IMG/VR virus record: IMGVR_UViG_3300034166_000463
Span: 6,642 to 70,641 of that record
Origin: a virus
Taxonomy: Duplodnaviria > Caudoviricetes
Reading direction: 5' to 3' (one strand)
Length of the DNA: 64,000 nt
The notes beneath the pieces are model-generated. The model ran no database searches and was not told the origin of the DNA. It saw only the letters and a list, made by a program, of their open reading frames with translations. Of the stretch, positions 29,901-35,881 are shown piece by piece (within the stretch, counting starts at the first letter, position 1; each line of letters opens with the position of its first letter). The position numbers and the translations under genes were made by a program.

Positions 29901-30267
29901 CAGCAGCAGCAGCCAAGTAAGAGCGTTGTTGCTGTAACCATTCCCTACCTGTTGCCGTCCAACTTTTATCAGGATTGAGCAATGGCATATCCTTCACTTC
30001 ACCTCGCCTATTGGTCCACGTAATCTTTCTGTCAGGATTCTTTTCCGCCGATTCAATCAATCGGGTAAAAGCAAGATCAACTGTCTTTCCTCTTTGGGCA
30101 GGAGTAGCCTTCCTCCACAAATCACTCTTAACAACCCCTAACGCGCTACCGTAATCAATCTGAACTGGTTGAGTAGGGCCATCATCAAAAGAATCAGACC
30201 CTCCGTATGGAGAGTCGTATTTTAATGCCGAGTAATCTGATCCGTAGTCTTCGGTGTCGTATTTCAT
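14971..30267 (-). CDS. giant internal virion/ejection protein (5098 aa)
   Basis: 15.3-kb uninterrupted ORF at the end of the structural operon; Gly/Ala-rich N-terminal helices (GAIGGGMGA); no Cys found by eye. Confidence 0.8.
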   Translation of the reverse strand: MKYDTEDYGSDYSALKYDSPYGGSDSFDDGPTQPVQIDYGSALGVVKSDLWRKATPAQRGKTVDLAFTRLIESAEKNPDRKITWTNRRGEVKDMPLLNPDKSWTATGREWLQQQRSYLAAAAEDESGGVEWDRFDQEFVAPQHLSPILDRQKQFDPFSDLQNWMSEKNALATEDETASLAWEDFVSYANSNVKSDEAKIDPENKELKKQWSQRMARELYTPETLGEDVMMQKVGGQWVLNSMNYSEIDKMENAINSNEELSLADKKILLGDYRSQVEANAGKIVNAFAAADAGVIGSMFSRPLSDEFAEEMSKPGASAYEFIKARKERFSKDSYGVASEVAGTLRDAVMATGTGALWLASFGNYTSPAEAFGGLAEDTAKAYSNTTQFSAFGIDITRRDLTQLTGQVGSFVAMGGMGALAGKSLAKAGAVGASRYAAGPGGDLVLKSATAKATSLAAAKDLLKAGGTLPKISIPAKMGGWLKAAATDPELYIGSLQATGMGFGNAFNEAYERTGNRDEALKAANIEGISNGLAVMIATGVMNRVAPGMGKALGMGDEGVGTSLIQNLRNRVVQKEGMKATQDALEHLAGDAGAGLRKQFARDIAQEMNDAARKMGLKGIGVAGNIGAEAVEEAADGIISDSISAMLDDSKTWKEDFWGNIGENWKEYVKAGVLGAIGGGMGASIGAATNAPSVFGKSDALNAMSDKWKAIETNVGNFSKDNGIMDVSGKAMNFSEIMATELDSDPQKDIEQKSAMLVRAARGIGVYQAMPSSLVSASTQAPPSNVSGTTPPSSTQAASAASQRAYPKGSLGQVMQSIGEEAPAGREWSRDSKTVEGSKATYKDKEGSYELTPIHAVSDASGKRNDNVAFKMVRITKKGLGKKVASEPAYLTPAQAQKQLKDSGRNTEAAQLERIVNATPDEKAQQYDEWTNETSKQSTTVDADNKQIAPLSETRPRDSAPPQDDRDSRTTGDGGTEQTRQPDAGAPSPAAVKAAPGDKLTYIPSDGSAPSEVEFLGYDDSTFDLSGRAKMAFVKVGDKRKTVQTSSLSLVQAKTEAPAPASTKAEPKIAEIEKQQTKQPNEKQTENQGDETKGLQVEEEVKEEPKTPEQIIAARLDRDGIAATPELIAAEYAKTETDRPSNRVSNTIKAIQKLSEDGHVPMRAAAIADAPSITDGLDPETTYIVEEATLKGGTDAAGAKWSRKSSENGKERYGYMPPKGMASTMGVGDTVVIAGNDKQVLMLKKVVDGELIFEALNIDFDAANQNSLNDQLRKTSARYTRSILDRSIKSIVPMMSRFSNGEITIAEVETIFKELLSVVAPRNNFKVVQRKINGDGYIFAEPAEKGSKKPSSIVVDYDKLKKELVALYFNSDTGNQFAQELLAYDAAALITSVLSEEGIHIVTYGTFTPKELLSYYDNLWDLNNEFRTEQESKGVAEGKIKDHPLFEELKKVASERGVTKSLDPNNEKGATEKQRQEISGELLRKFVQMALTGTTTERQSQLSKMLQQAIILDESNAREKGGLVKYLKAIGHMVRRYAERMRTILWINTHRGMLPSNLQEPLRRLIDATKESGLNVDVLNAHSDTIAQRTKMEELYNKSLESELQIIARNNSFPMRQLRNRIAASNRISIDIAIVHDPETMEIGLHPEFRALLEREKFDMKALDDQFDRLNGKGGYSEDQTPAMKKIRTGVFLKWEKLQLLRDSLPAQFSDMDLWTGAMKPDREGITRIDREKLFTKLFEDMTGSVSHSEVIDGSERIKQAMLSSVQPRIIEARMAHQALENHAREELDGLDLSTFAGKRKLIEWSKAMKLNPHSIDLVRLNRDLLVGVDLETRDYIADQDSTITPEELAVKMENHLKLLLQRLPMWSDEMAASDQKNDFGNGLRGEAKSLFDAYVAKEQSVIEEIQEIRKAHNARIQHTKNLPNSDILPKLEQKDSLGDDYKSVIAFTRAVDDYNYALKTAKNRAIGEFGLRTVGFGTAIKVQAINPESENPNSYSSLPPVDTGVDDLLDVVQDVGYSNIFPYEHQNGYDNSNADAPYSYSSRFIYPQRTESAVGQTEADGLAIGLDPNSKWERPGDEGLTPAEREWNAGLERYRHDTESNFTASGRNAFADFFVAENIGAIRNVEMIDTYAQTAGFSFDKTVNPDDDSVRYESLLEAMPIFDHQKLNRLVGGLRRLKRGFRGDNNEDPIKVVADLFSYLEEMRQWSTKIRSLYQGSEFMPRIGGMQTLAGRSLPIFDQAFSNETDNGTLTNGLDLQIRRMHEALMLKVMEYVEVKNVSMDRAYLKSADTLVLSNGLPVLKAGVDKKKLTDLAENLIKVVGEGNQKAMFDRSLYESVQAVNLVRKQTKAFMDRKWRSNVEKEGNRTVTDAAYVPEYEQLIKLRDTALSPRTLKNLSFAMKYFEKERDYQFSANFGFEMEEAFDRLSFGEGYEPYVYTEAEEYDVYLPDSVANLVTTKEDGTLTHPNVPEYSELKQDKDGRYFYRKQSQLTNYNEIVVSSQQAGFDDVRSRPFLTGEDSPLLEGMDEVKSGAASSQREAAKRRASSLQVARERLVAQWSLLIGSNTPTGRSATAGRVFYFDLLQADEDGFVTVEEVLEDRRRMGTAPRYSRMETVSRRVDDGSPFLGTQDTYVEDQVERLEEFSEDDLNAMDQTQLRNYFKVMRDKSLLERGLVGIFPNINPARKDFFDEIRKGFLEQYGSNNGYNFTSSERFLHDLASFKASFEREMIDRSIVKDKGVASMVLQTIIEYADVTLLESDDALVQFNNKNKNKKNKPILDEGNNTFASSEEARNIWRLAHSEVMKPENSRQVIDASKVTFLNSTVGPIIEQFLLTLPGNTIAVIPDEATAAKHQLSDTGIRIFEGRNGNPNVIYVPQSVSMRDKRMVDEATMVIAHSLSIQSKKNASIVDMVNDLAGKVNATLNPVIRAESIESQTSPVGKWRKTTIDTSTSNEAIEANFQRLIQGSPVEFTDSQQKRIRELVKAQFIKSIELARELEVGELTADQIALFGGDATFAANLLLVGTIFSNSKAKQFFDQAYSGIESLAPSFLPDVVGDSLINAVMDIARSGEVELGGTEADWISESSVIERSDADEEAIQGFEEGQQERAERLAQANAEEEARLNGEIEVVEEEDNLTDAIFSVTSGFSDKVKSEIMGMIMANGGGSYFTGKSAFYSDADIVLLNSLNSIIASAMKAREGVQPLKPSRDAREMLEKPGYLRDEDEIKGNELAQPVVAPVAWKENAGKIYVGEAKNLGRPSLPGNRTSLTQGFADRRISNMNANVLQLSPYVQKRIKLKAEEAIRQSLEKTRIDAANNKSSLDYSQLKRFKGINLEIEMSDDIIEELRNILPAGYMDQAEQEVRDEIARLEKNVSKMTKAQAKKHYELYEALEKRVSFPRGKVTKEVSDMMGYPQRFAQRLADMLQESVIFEEGKVDQVAKGMSSFVRRQFRNDPLFKASFNQMATLLDTINRELFVRNIFSEQNEDTVLIESGANPFRTIVSPEENETRIGDLIRSYNANVDVVNLVLDSITKQGMALIGIDGSTKGYRLPYILGNPDSISPQDLISLRRRSFGVDSTAKFKGQLMQHAERTIAAAFADSIAQELAESSGKTKQKSIPVGKDTRRNAQVKNFIKLVRQRMEEGRDLDNFDLASEITSALDMMTERLKTDPNGKPFSEYVESIYLSFAEEDALYDRSLATDDPSYINKGQTAEQRDLVNKLEIQLDVISRGLAANQAALDLIDHTDYSQPIGKTYHRGVVGVPAVGQDNNQILPGIEPMTREAGVNITLVAKGLGLTESGVAAREAWTGDQPSMDEASSASLKAQRRAFYAQKEAIVRALSEFAEERLEDVYRDQRNTEENFVEFDPLGTIEISVEMAKIEMKLLDDYFSQAKSEAAEANYRGMMDNAVAILTDPKDANRYNLLKRSKKNTVNLIRLPQNFEERLERIGMYHKEEGMSMILMPTTAADEMIRAFPTVTRKNVNSEIAHVAMAAQSLSGNQSQGTQTPSYFFEEVNKDTDAKFKSIDKLNEVTNKREEWRLAKPDMTRAEVADAFADEFEARITKWLGDIRNRHSNGKAKTIKMDGRITKAAMSQSKSLIRQIVLAYSSGKLEGNRYMHVKSEVMKFMAKIDDIDTDTKGENGMPRSFTFKMEDAGKLVTESMQLFKIEKTFSLVFSALEADLIAKRIVAGMTVSDSNTDLTMMRLAHHHDARIRSRFRKSFSAKQAVRHLVGILDHGFDGVSGREGYETSRRIAKEEIGNSAKEVGSSAKNHAIGYLLAQIRGIKDAHGMSLAHAYTTWATQQNFGHRQSQDFVIAQEKKYGKNKVSKYWSGGHLDLVRDQPLATEIDAIMRKATSVISIKNNDPLAEEKAEKAIADLESALIDAIEDNKKSEVDAYAKTLSSVFADIDAAMHLSLALSSKKGRDVDALDEKTKWKHADIQAFKPTATNVPMRLGYAKDPTARKQGREGRYISDPIEIVALDEAAFFGGIAKGEPFERNRVYRPVMVNGLSTPLSMVDDAIYRLNVTPSYEILRHSIGKVRAPHGPIEITDSDMEDTLQSFGENLDEFETIREINARNNEHYRWKKDANTAFAAVAYELETIVQNDSAIGTAQTGGAETLRFLSSMYIMRALASPLQWWDQSVSPSFGYTVGKLVANKPKSVGLYFSTLSKMLTSSKFRNEVRDFIQKTSPYVYYRASDGQDVAEDMIRGQERYGVGQVKAKVGRGLRAYERFAEKTLSFTIGKPERMLAGTIFMIELAEKMNVKTVDDVLLRKNDVTKELAQQAKLKVNDVMAQSDQSKKSWFFQTRDQSPVLNAFWKSLVRFSNHTASTSSNTSVLTHTMFTQQERGLSEMDYYYVSEKDAEDSRREAMENVATTLTQNILFYPMKLKMLLPAVLYLVFKAGDDDDDEAVLRAQQVTNDLIVPNEDSNVIHRAIMAVIFGKDRPLFQDRGTVDEAQASALAEILNTTAQESITAIPLAGVAFGYSPVRGLIDKAFTNPGSEEAAALFMDVERNTANIREYRPGFLEGTAEFTAPTAAAYDYAAAAKLLLDYNMTDYASSNKGISLKDSLLYFMSEVLPGTRESRGFMQDRLREPVKNEKQ

Positions 30268-30286
30268 CTGATGGGGTATTTACTTA

Positions 30287-31753
30287 CTATGCGTCAGGCA
30301 AGTCAAGACCTCCGTCTTCAAAACCAGAAGCGTCTAGCGCTGTTTGAATTACCGAAAGAATCTCTTCATCTGTTTTGCCTGACATCATCTTGTCTTGCTT
30401 TACGGAAAGAATAGCCTTGAAAATAGCAAGGCTTCGTTGCTGGTCAAGCCCTTGCCTGCGAGCATCTAAAGCAAGTTGCTTGAATGCTGGGTTTTGAGCA
30501 TCGAGACGAATATCTTGAGCTAGCTTTTCGTTACTTAGGGCTTTTTTCCTCAAGTCCATAAACTTCTCATCTTGCAACATGCGTTGCTGCTTCACACTAT
30601 AAATCGAATTAATTTCAGCATTGAAAGAAGAAAGGTTTAGTTTGAGGGTTTCAAGCTTTACCATATAATCGCGCTTTACATCATGAGGTGCATCTTTGTT
30701 AGGCACTGAATCAGACAGTTGCTTGATCGCTTGCGCTATTGCGGCACGTTGCCCGTAAATACTGGAAATCTCAGCATCTTTATCCAATCCCTCTTCATAA
30801 AAAGCAATAGACCTTCGATTTTTTTTGTTGATTTCTTCATTGCTTGTGTTTGTTGGATATTGACTTTTAATCCATTCGTTAGCTTTGGCCAAAGCAATAG
30901 CTTTCTCCTCCGGTGTCCTGGCCGCATCAAGATCAATTCCCGGATTAAACTTCAATTTGTCTTTTGTTTCTTTTGCTGCCGCAATCCCATCAGAATTCAC
31001 AGACTCATAAGCAGAAGCCTTCGCATAAGACTGAGCCAAGTAATTAAACTCATTCTTAGTTTCCGCGTCCCCATCAAAAGAAAGCTTTGTCCAAGCAGTG
31101 TTTAACGCCAATGCAACTTCATCAGTCTCGGGAGTCTTTAAGGACTTTATTCCATAAAGCATTGCTCCCCATGCCTCTATTTTCTTGTTTTCATCCCCCA
31201 TGTCACCCTCCTTCAAAAGCTTGTCATTTCGCTCAATTTGAGAAAAAGCAGTTTTTGTTTGCAAGCGGCTAAGCTCTTCACGTTGTTGACGCTCAGCCTC
31301 CAAGAAAAGAATGTCTTTTGATTGACTAGCCTCTTGTTTTGCCTTGAAAACACCAGAATTAACCGCATTCATATTTGAAGCAGCAGCTAAGACATCACGA
31401 TTATGAGAAAACATTGAAGCTCCTCTTGCGGCTGTCTGAGCATTCTTTTCAGGATTGTTTGGATCATACTCATCACTCATCATGCGACTAAACTGATCTA
31501 ACTCGTCATAAGACTTTTTGGCCATAAAGTCTTCACTTATTGATTTTCTAGTAGCCATTGAATCGCTATGAAGCGAAGCTCTTGCTTGCATTAAGGCAGC
31601 TACGTTTTTGTAGTCGTTGCCCATAGAATCCATCATTGCTTCGGAGGCTGCAAATGCGGAGCCCCCGGGAGTTACTCCGGGACCAAGTTTGAATTTATCA
31701 AGCTCAGCTGCAAACTGAGAATCTGAATCGTTTGTGTATGATGGATATTCCAT
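30287..31753 (-). CDS. putative internal virion protein
   Basis: Helical, Cys-free; lies upstream of the giant protein. Confidence 0.6.
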   Translation of the reverse strand: MEYPSYTNDSDSQFAAELDKFKLGPGVTPGGSAFAASEAMMDSMGNDYKNVAALMQARASLHSDSMATRKSISEDFMAKKSYDELDQFSRMMSDEYDPNNPEKNAQTAARGASMFSHNRDVLAAASNMNAVNSGVFKAKQEASQSKDILFLEAERQQREELSRLQTKTAFSQIERNDKLLKEGDMGDENKKIEAWGAMLYGIKSLKTPETDEVALALNTAWTKLSFDGDAETKNEFNYLAQSYAKASAYESVNSDGIAAAKETKDKLKFNPGIDLDAARTPEEKAIALAKANEWIKSQYPTNTSNEEINKKNRRSIAFYEEGLDKDAEISSIYGQRAAIAQAIKQLSDSVPNKDAPHDVKRDYMVKLETLKLNLSSFNAEINSIYSVKQQRMLQDEKFMDLRKKALSNEKLAQDIRLDAQNPAFKQLALDARRQGLDQQRSLAIFKAILSVKQDKMMSGKTDEEILSVIQTALDASGFEDGGLDLPDA

Positions 31754-31768
31754 AAGATTTTAGTCAGG

Positions 31769-33436
31769 CTAAACTTCTCTTTGATCGAATGATAAGCCAA
31801 ACAAAATATTGTCAGCTCCTTTAAAGGCTTTTTCGTATGATTCTTGAATCTTTCCTGTATTGATAGATGCTTGTGAGGATAGACCCTTCTTGACTTCCGG
31901 TTTCTTTTTTTTCCCAGTTAGATAACCTCCAATCGCATCTGCAAAATTCATTGCTCTGCTCCCCTCTTTTTGTCTTGAGGACTCAAGTGTTGCTTCTAGC
32001 CTTTGCAGGGAAACTTTGTCAAGCTGTCCGCTAATTACATTCGCAACTTTATTTGCATCACCAAGAAGGCTATTGCCCCAATCTGATTCATTAATAATAT
32101 TTTGGCGATCAGCAATCACACCTCCATCATTTCTCTGAGTATCCTCAATCGGCCCAATCGGATCATCTAATGAATCCATGAATTGATTTAACGAAGGACG
32201 ATTAGCGTCCACTTTCCTGCGTTGGCTCTCTTCCGCCCACATACGACGATCCTCATCCGTAGCTTTCGCAACATCCTTACCCCCTACGAGCATTGGTTTT
32301 TCAGATAGTCTTTTTGAGCGAGCATCTTTAAATCCTTCTCTTGTGGCTGAGGCATCATCAGCTTTTTCCACGAAAGCATCAAATCTATCCAAAGAATCTT
32401 GAACTTCTCTACCTGCCCGATCCCCTTTTGCTTTTGCACTAGCAATCTTTTCTCCAGCATTTTCTTTGCCTTTTGCCAAAGCGTCTTTTTTCTGCTGAGG
32501 AGTGAGCCCTTCTAGCATTGCTTTTTGATCAGGATACTTCTCAAGAAGCTTAGCCCATTGCTTATCACTCTCCTCAAATTCCTTCTGATAAGCCTCGTTT
32601 TTTCTTCCTTTAGCTCGGCCAGCAATAGCCTCAGGAGAAAGCTCGGTTTGTCCGTCCAATGTTTCCTGTATCTGCTGAGGGGTAAGGCCAAGGGCCGTTC
32701 CACGAGCTTGAGCTTGTTCTTTTTCTTTAGAGGTCATTCCGCCCTCTTTGCGGCGAAGAGTTTCAACAGTATCAACAAACGCTTTTCTGCCAGAAGCCCT
32801 TTCTTCAAAAAAAGACTTGGGTTTTGCTGGAGCTGATGGTTGGCCTCCTGTTGTAGTAGGAGGTGCAGGGGTGGGGTCAGGCGCGGCTGGAGTAGCAGGT
32901 GCTGGAGCGGGAGGTGTGCCAGTCGCAGGAGGTGTGCCTACATTCACCCATTGGCCACCACTAGATCCCTGTGCAGCGCTTCTGGGGTTCTCTGGGGATG
33001 TCCCAGCAGCTTGCTGTGCGTCTAGTTTTGGCGTAATACTGCCATCAAGACGAGAAGGTATTTGTGCGTCCAGTCTCGGCGTGGAACTGGCATCTAGGCG
33101 AGATGTTGGTTGTGCGCCTCCTGCGGGTGGCTGTCCGGGGCCAACTCCACGATCACCCCAAAATCGTCTTTGATTAACTGCTTCAAGATAACGTGCATTT
33201 TTATCATCTACATTTTCTATCCCACGGTTTGTATAGCCAGCGCTTACCGCCGCTAAATAAGCATTAATGTCGCCATTTCTTTTTGCATCACGAGCTAATT
33301 TCCCAATGTCTCGCTCTTGATTCCGCGCAAATTTAATCGCTTCTAATTGATCATTAGTAGGTAGACCTATAGGCTTATCAAGTTTAGAACCTGCTTCATC
33401 AAAACGAGTTTTTGGTTTTTTATTTTTCTCGGACAT
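31769..33436 (-). CDS. putative internal virion protein
   Basis: Pro/Ala-rich linker and short RLD repeats; position in the ejection-protein cluster; start inferred. Confidence 0.6.
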   Translation of the reverse strand: MSEKNKKPKTRFDEAGSKLDKPIGLPTNDQLEAIKFARNQERDIGKLARDAKRNGDINAYLAAVSAGYTNRGIENVDDKNARYLEAVNQRRFWGDRGVGPGQPPAGGAQPTSRLDASSTPRLDAQIPSRLDGSITPKLDAQQAAGTSPENPRSAAQGSSGGQWVNVGTPPATGTPPAPAPATPAAPDPTPAPPTTTGGQPSAPAKPKSFFEERASGRKAFVDTVETLRRKEGGMTSKEKEQAQARGTALGLTPQQIQETLDGQTELSPEAIAGRAKGRKNEAYQKEFEESDKQWAKLLEKYPDQKAMLEGLTPQQKKDALAKGKENAGEKIASAKAKGDRAGREVQDSLDRFDAFVEKADDASATREGFKDARSKRLSEKPMLVGGKDVAKATDEDRRMWAEESQRRKVDANRPSLNQFMDSLDDPIGPIEDTQRNDGGVIADRQNIINESDWGNSLLGDANKVANVISGQLDKVSLQRLEATLESSRQKEGSRAMNFADAIGGYLTGKKKKPEVKKGLSSQASINTGKIQESYEKAFKGADNILFGLSFDQREV

Positions 33437-33440
33437 GATC

Positions 33441-34103
33441 TTACATGAATTGAGTTGGACGACGGCGTAGACTTGAGTCCATGCCGATGTGGTATTTTTT
33501 AGATCCTTCAACTTGCCTTTCGGAAAGTTGCATTAGTTGAGTAAATTTACTCCAATTGAATTGAGCTCTTTCATCATCATTCACATACTCATAACTAATT
33601 GCTATGATCGCAGCCTTCAAAGCTCCAATTGAGTGAATTGGAATAATAGTATTATGCAGAAGTGCAGGAGCTTCCAGCTTCATTAACGCGTAATAAGGTC
33701 CACCAGATATGGTAAATCCAAGAGGCATACGGTATTTCCTGCGTAAAACAAGCTGGGAATCAACAGTGATTTCAACCTGTCCCATGTCAATCAGCGACAT
33801 ATCGCCTCCATTCAATTTATTCAAATAGAGAATGCTTTGATCCATGATTGACCAACCCCTATTCTTGTTACGGAAACCAATCATTCCATCGTAAAGAGAA
33901 TCATCCAGATACAAAAACATCAAATCATCTTCATTAACAAAATCTCCATCACTAAAAGAAAGTTCGCGAATGGTGCCGGGGTAACGACCCATTTCATAAA
34001 TGCGAGTAACCGCCTCACGAATTGCATCTTCAATTTCTACCCTTGTGGAAACAAGCGGCCCAAACTGAACAATCGCTTCTTCTAATGTAATTTGCTTTGC
34101 CAT
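33441..34103 (-). CDS. putative tail adaptor/tubular protein
   Basis: Size, position and the EAVTRIY...GALKAAIIA...DERAQFNW pattern. Confidence 0.5.
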   Translation of the reverse strand: MAKQITLEEAIVQFGPLVSTRVEIEDAIREAVTRIYEMGRYPGTIRELSFSDGDFVNEDDLMFLYLDDSLYDGMIGFRNKNRGWSIMDQSILYLNKLNGGDMSLIDMGQVEITVDSQLVLRRKYRMPLGFTISGGPYYALMKLEAPALLHNTIIPIHSIGALKAAIIAISYEYVNDDERAQFNWSKFTQLMQLSERQVEGSKKYHIGMDSSLRRRPTQFM

Positions 34104-34231
34104 CTTTTGAGAAATAGTAATTACCCCTTGCTTAAAAGACAAGAGAAGATTAAAAATAATTAAAATCCAATAAAGCTTTAGGGATTGTCATCCTATTTTA
34201 TTTGTTTGCAAGAGCAGATTACGCGAGCGTG

Positions 34232-34762
34232 TCAAACAGGTGGCCCGAATGTCACATCTTCGATGGTAATCACAATCTCGCCGTTGTATTCCTCTGGATA
34301 ATCAGCCTCGGCATAAATTGACCAAAGATTGCCGCATGCCTGCCCCATCAATCCGAGATCGTTTAGATCAACCACGATTTCGATGGTTCCATCGCCCGTC
34401 AAAGTTTCTTCTTCGATTAGCACGTCGTTAATTTCGACTCTAATGGTAAAAGTTGTGCTGTCCGCCCCGGGTTTACCAAAAAGAAAAGCGGGGTTTTGAG
34501 CAACGATGGTGGCTTTCCAGACGCAACATGTCGCAAACTCAATCGTGCCTGATCCGCTTGTATGGTCGGGCGCTCCTTCGCCGTTTAGAATCCAGTAATC
34601 CCTGTCGTCACCAAGGGGATCTGGTAAGATGTCACCATCTATAAACTCGACTGTCCGCCATTTCGGGGAATAATCAGACTGCTCAAAAACGTAAGCGCCT
34701 CCCCAGTTACAGCAGTAGAGCGTCCCGTCAATGTCGATAGGCTGGATCAGGTGGTTACTCAT
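34232..34762 (-). CDS. virion-associated hypothetical protein
   Basis: Beta-rich acidic ORF coupled to the upstream gene. Confidence 0.55.
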   Translation of the reverse strand: MSNHLIQPIDIDGTLYCCNWGGAYVFEQSDYSPKWRTVEFIDGDILPDPLGDDRDYWILNGEGAPDHTSGSGTIEFATCCVWKATIVAQNPAFLFGKPGADSTTFTIRVEINDVLIEEETLTGDGTIEIVVDLNDLGLMGQACGNLWSIYAEADYPEEYNGEIVITIEDVTFGPPV

Positions 34763-35877
34763 GGCGGTGGTGTAGGTATCCCAAGGATGGTGTATTCGGT
34801 CGGTAATCCATCTATGCAGATGTTTACCGTAACCTCGTCGTATTCAACCCATTCTGGCGCGGTGCCATCATGGTGCATGACCCAGCGTTTGCCGGTATCG
34901 GGGGCAGCAGGGGCAAGCAGTAAAATCCATACCTCGGCAGTGGCGTCCCAATACAGCATATCGCCGTCTGTCTCTCCGTCCGGGATTCCGTCCGGGGTTC
35001 CGGTAGAAAAATCATACGTTGGATCTATCTCTATATTAACGGTGTCGGCGTTTTCGGTAATCGTGACGCCATCTCCGGCAGTCAAGTATCTGAACTCCCA
35101 AACCCCCGTGGATGCGTTCCACCGCTTCATCACACGCGCTTCTCCCGTGCCCGGTAATGTCGTAGTGTTTTCCAGCAGCTCTGGCTGAAAATGGTCAATG
35201 TGCCCAGTGTGGAGTTGGTTGCTAATCAATGGCGGAGGTGTTGCCGTGCTTTCAGGGTCGGCGACGATCTCAGCAATGCGGATGTGTCTCTCACCTTCCG
35301 TCCCTGACTGGTCATCGCCGCCGATAAGCTCGGGAGGCAAGTCTTCCGGCCATTCCTGACCGCTTTCAAAATCTGCGTATGTGCATTTGCCGCCTGCATC
35401 AATGGTCAATTTGACCCAGAGTTTATTCCCTGCGGCAACAGCAAGCGGCGCGTCGGGTGTCGGTAGTAATGTAATCTCGATTGGAGCGCCCGTCTCATCA
35501 CTGGCGTTATGGCGAGGCACGACATGACCGAACTCGGCATAGGCATTGTATGTAATCGGATCGTCATCAACTATGCGCAGCGTGATCCATAGCGGGGGCT
35601 TGATACCCTCGTCCAACCCGCTCCCGCCGCCGAATAGAAGGGTGTCACCTATTATTCCTTCCGGCTTAGGTGCTACGGGCGGTGGGGGGTCGAAACGCAT
35701 CTCTGTAACACGCTGCTCAAGCTGTGCAGGTTGACGGTAGTTTGTCTGGCTTGACGCTTCAACCGTAGTATTGATCGGTGGTAGTTTTTTATCCTGCTCA
35801 GCCAAGCGGCGGTTCGCTTCATCCGAGGCGGACTTCAGCGCTTCGTCTATGATTGCTTGTAAGTTTCCTGCGTCCAT
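34759..35877 (-). CDS. putative tail protein
   Basis: FRYLTAGDGVTITE and GDMLYWD motifs seen in tail-fibre-type proteins. Confidence 0.55.
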   Translation of the reverse strand: MDAGNLQAIIDEALKSASDEANRRLAEQDKKLPPINTTVEASSQTNYRQPAQLEQRVTEMRFDPPPPVAPKPEGIIGDTLLFGGGSGLDEGIKPPLWITLRIVDDDPITYNAYAEFGHVVPRHNASDETGAPIEITLLPTPDAPLAVAAGNKLWVKLTIDAGGKCTYADFESGQEWPEDLPPELIGGDDQSGTEGERHIRIAEIVADPESTATPPPLISNQLHTGHIDHFQPELLENTTTLPGTGEARVMKRWNASTGVWEFRYLTAGDGVTITENADTVNIEIDPTYDFSTGTPDGIPDGETDGDMLYWDATAEVWILLLAPAAPDTGKRWVMHHDGTAPEWVEYDEVTVNICIDGLPTEYTILGIPTPPP

Positions 35878-35881
35878 GGTG

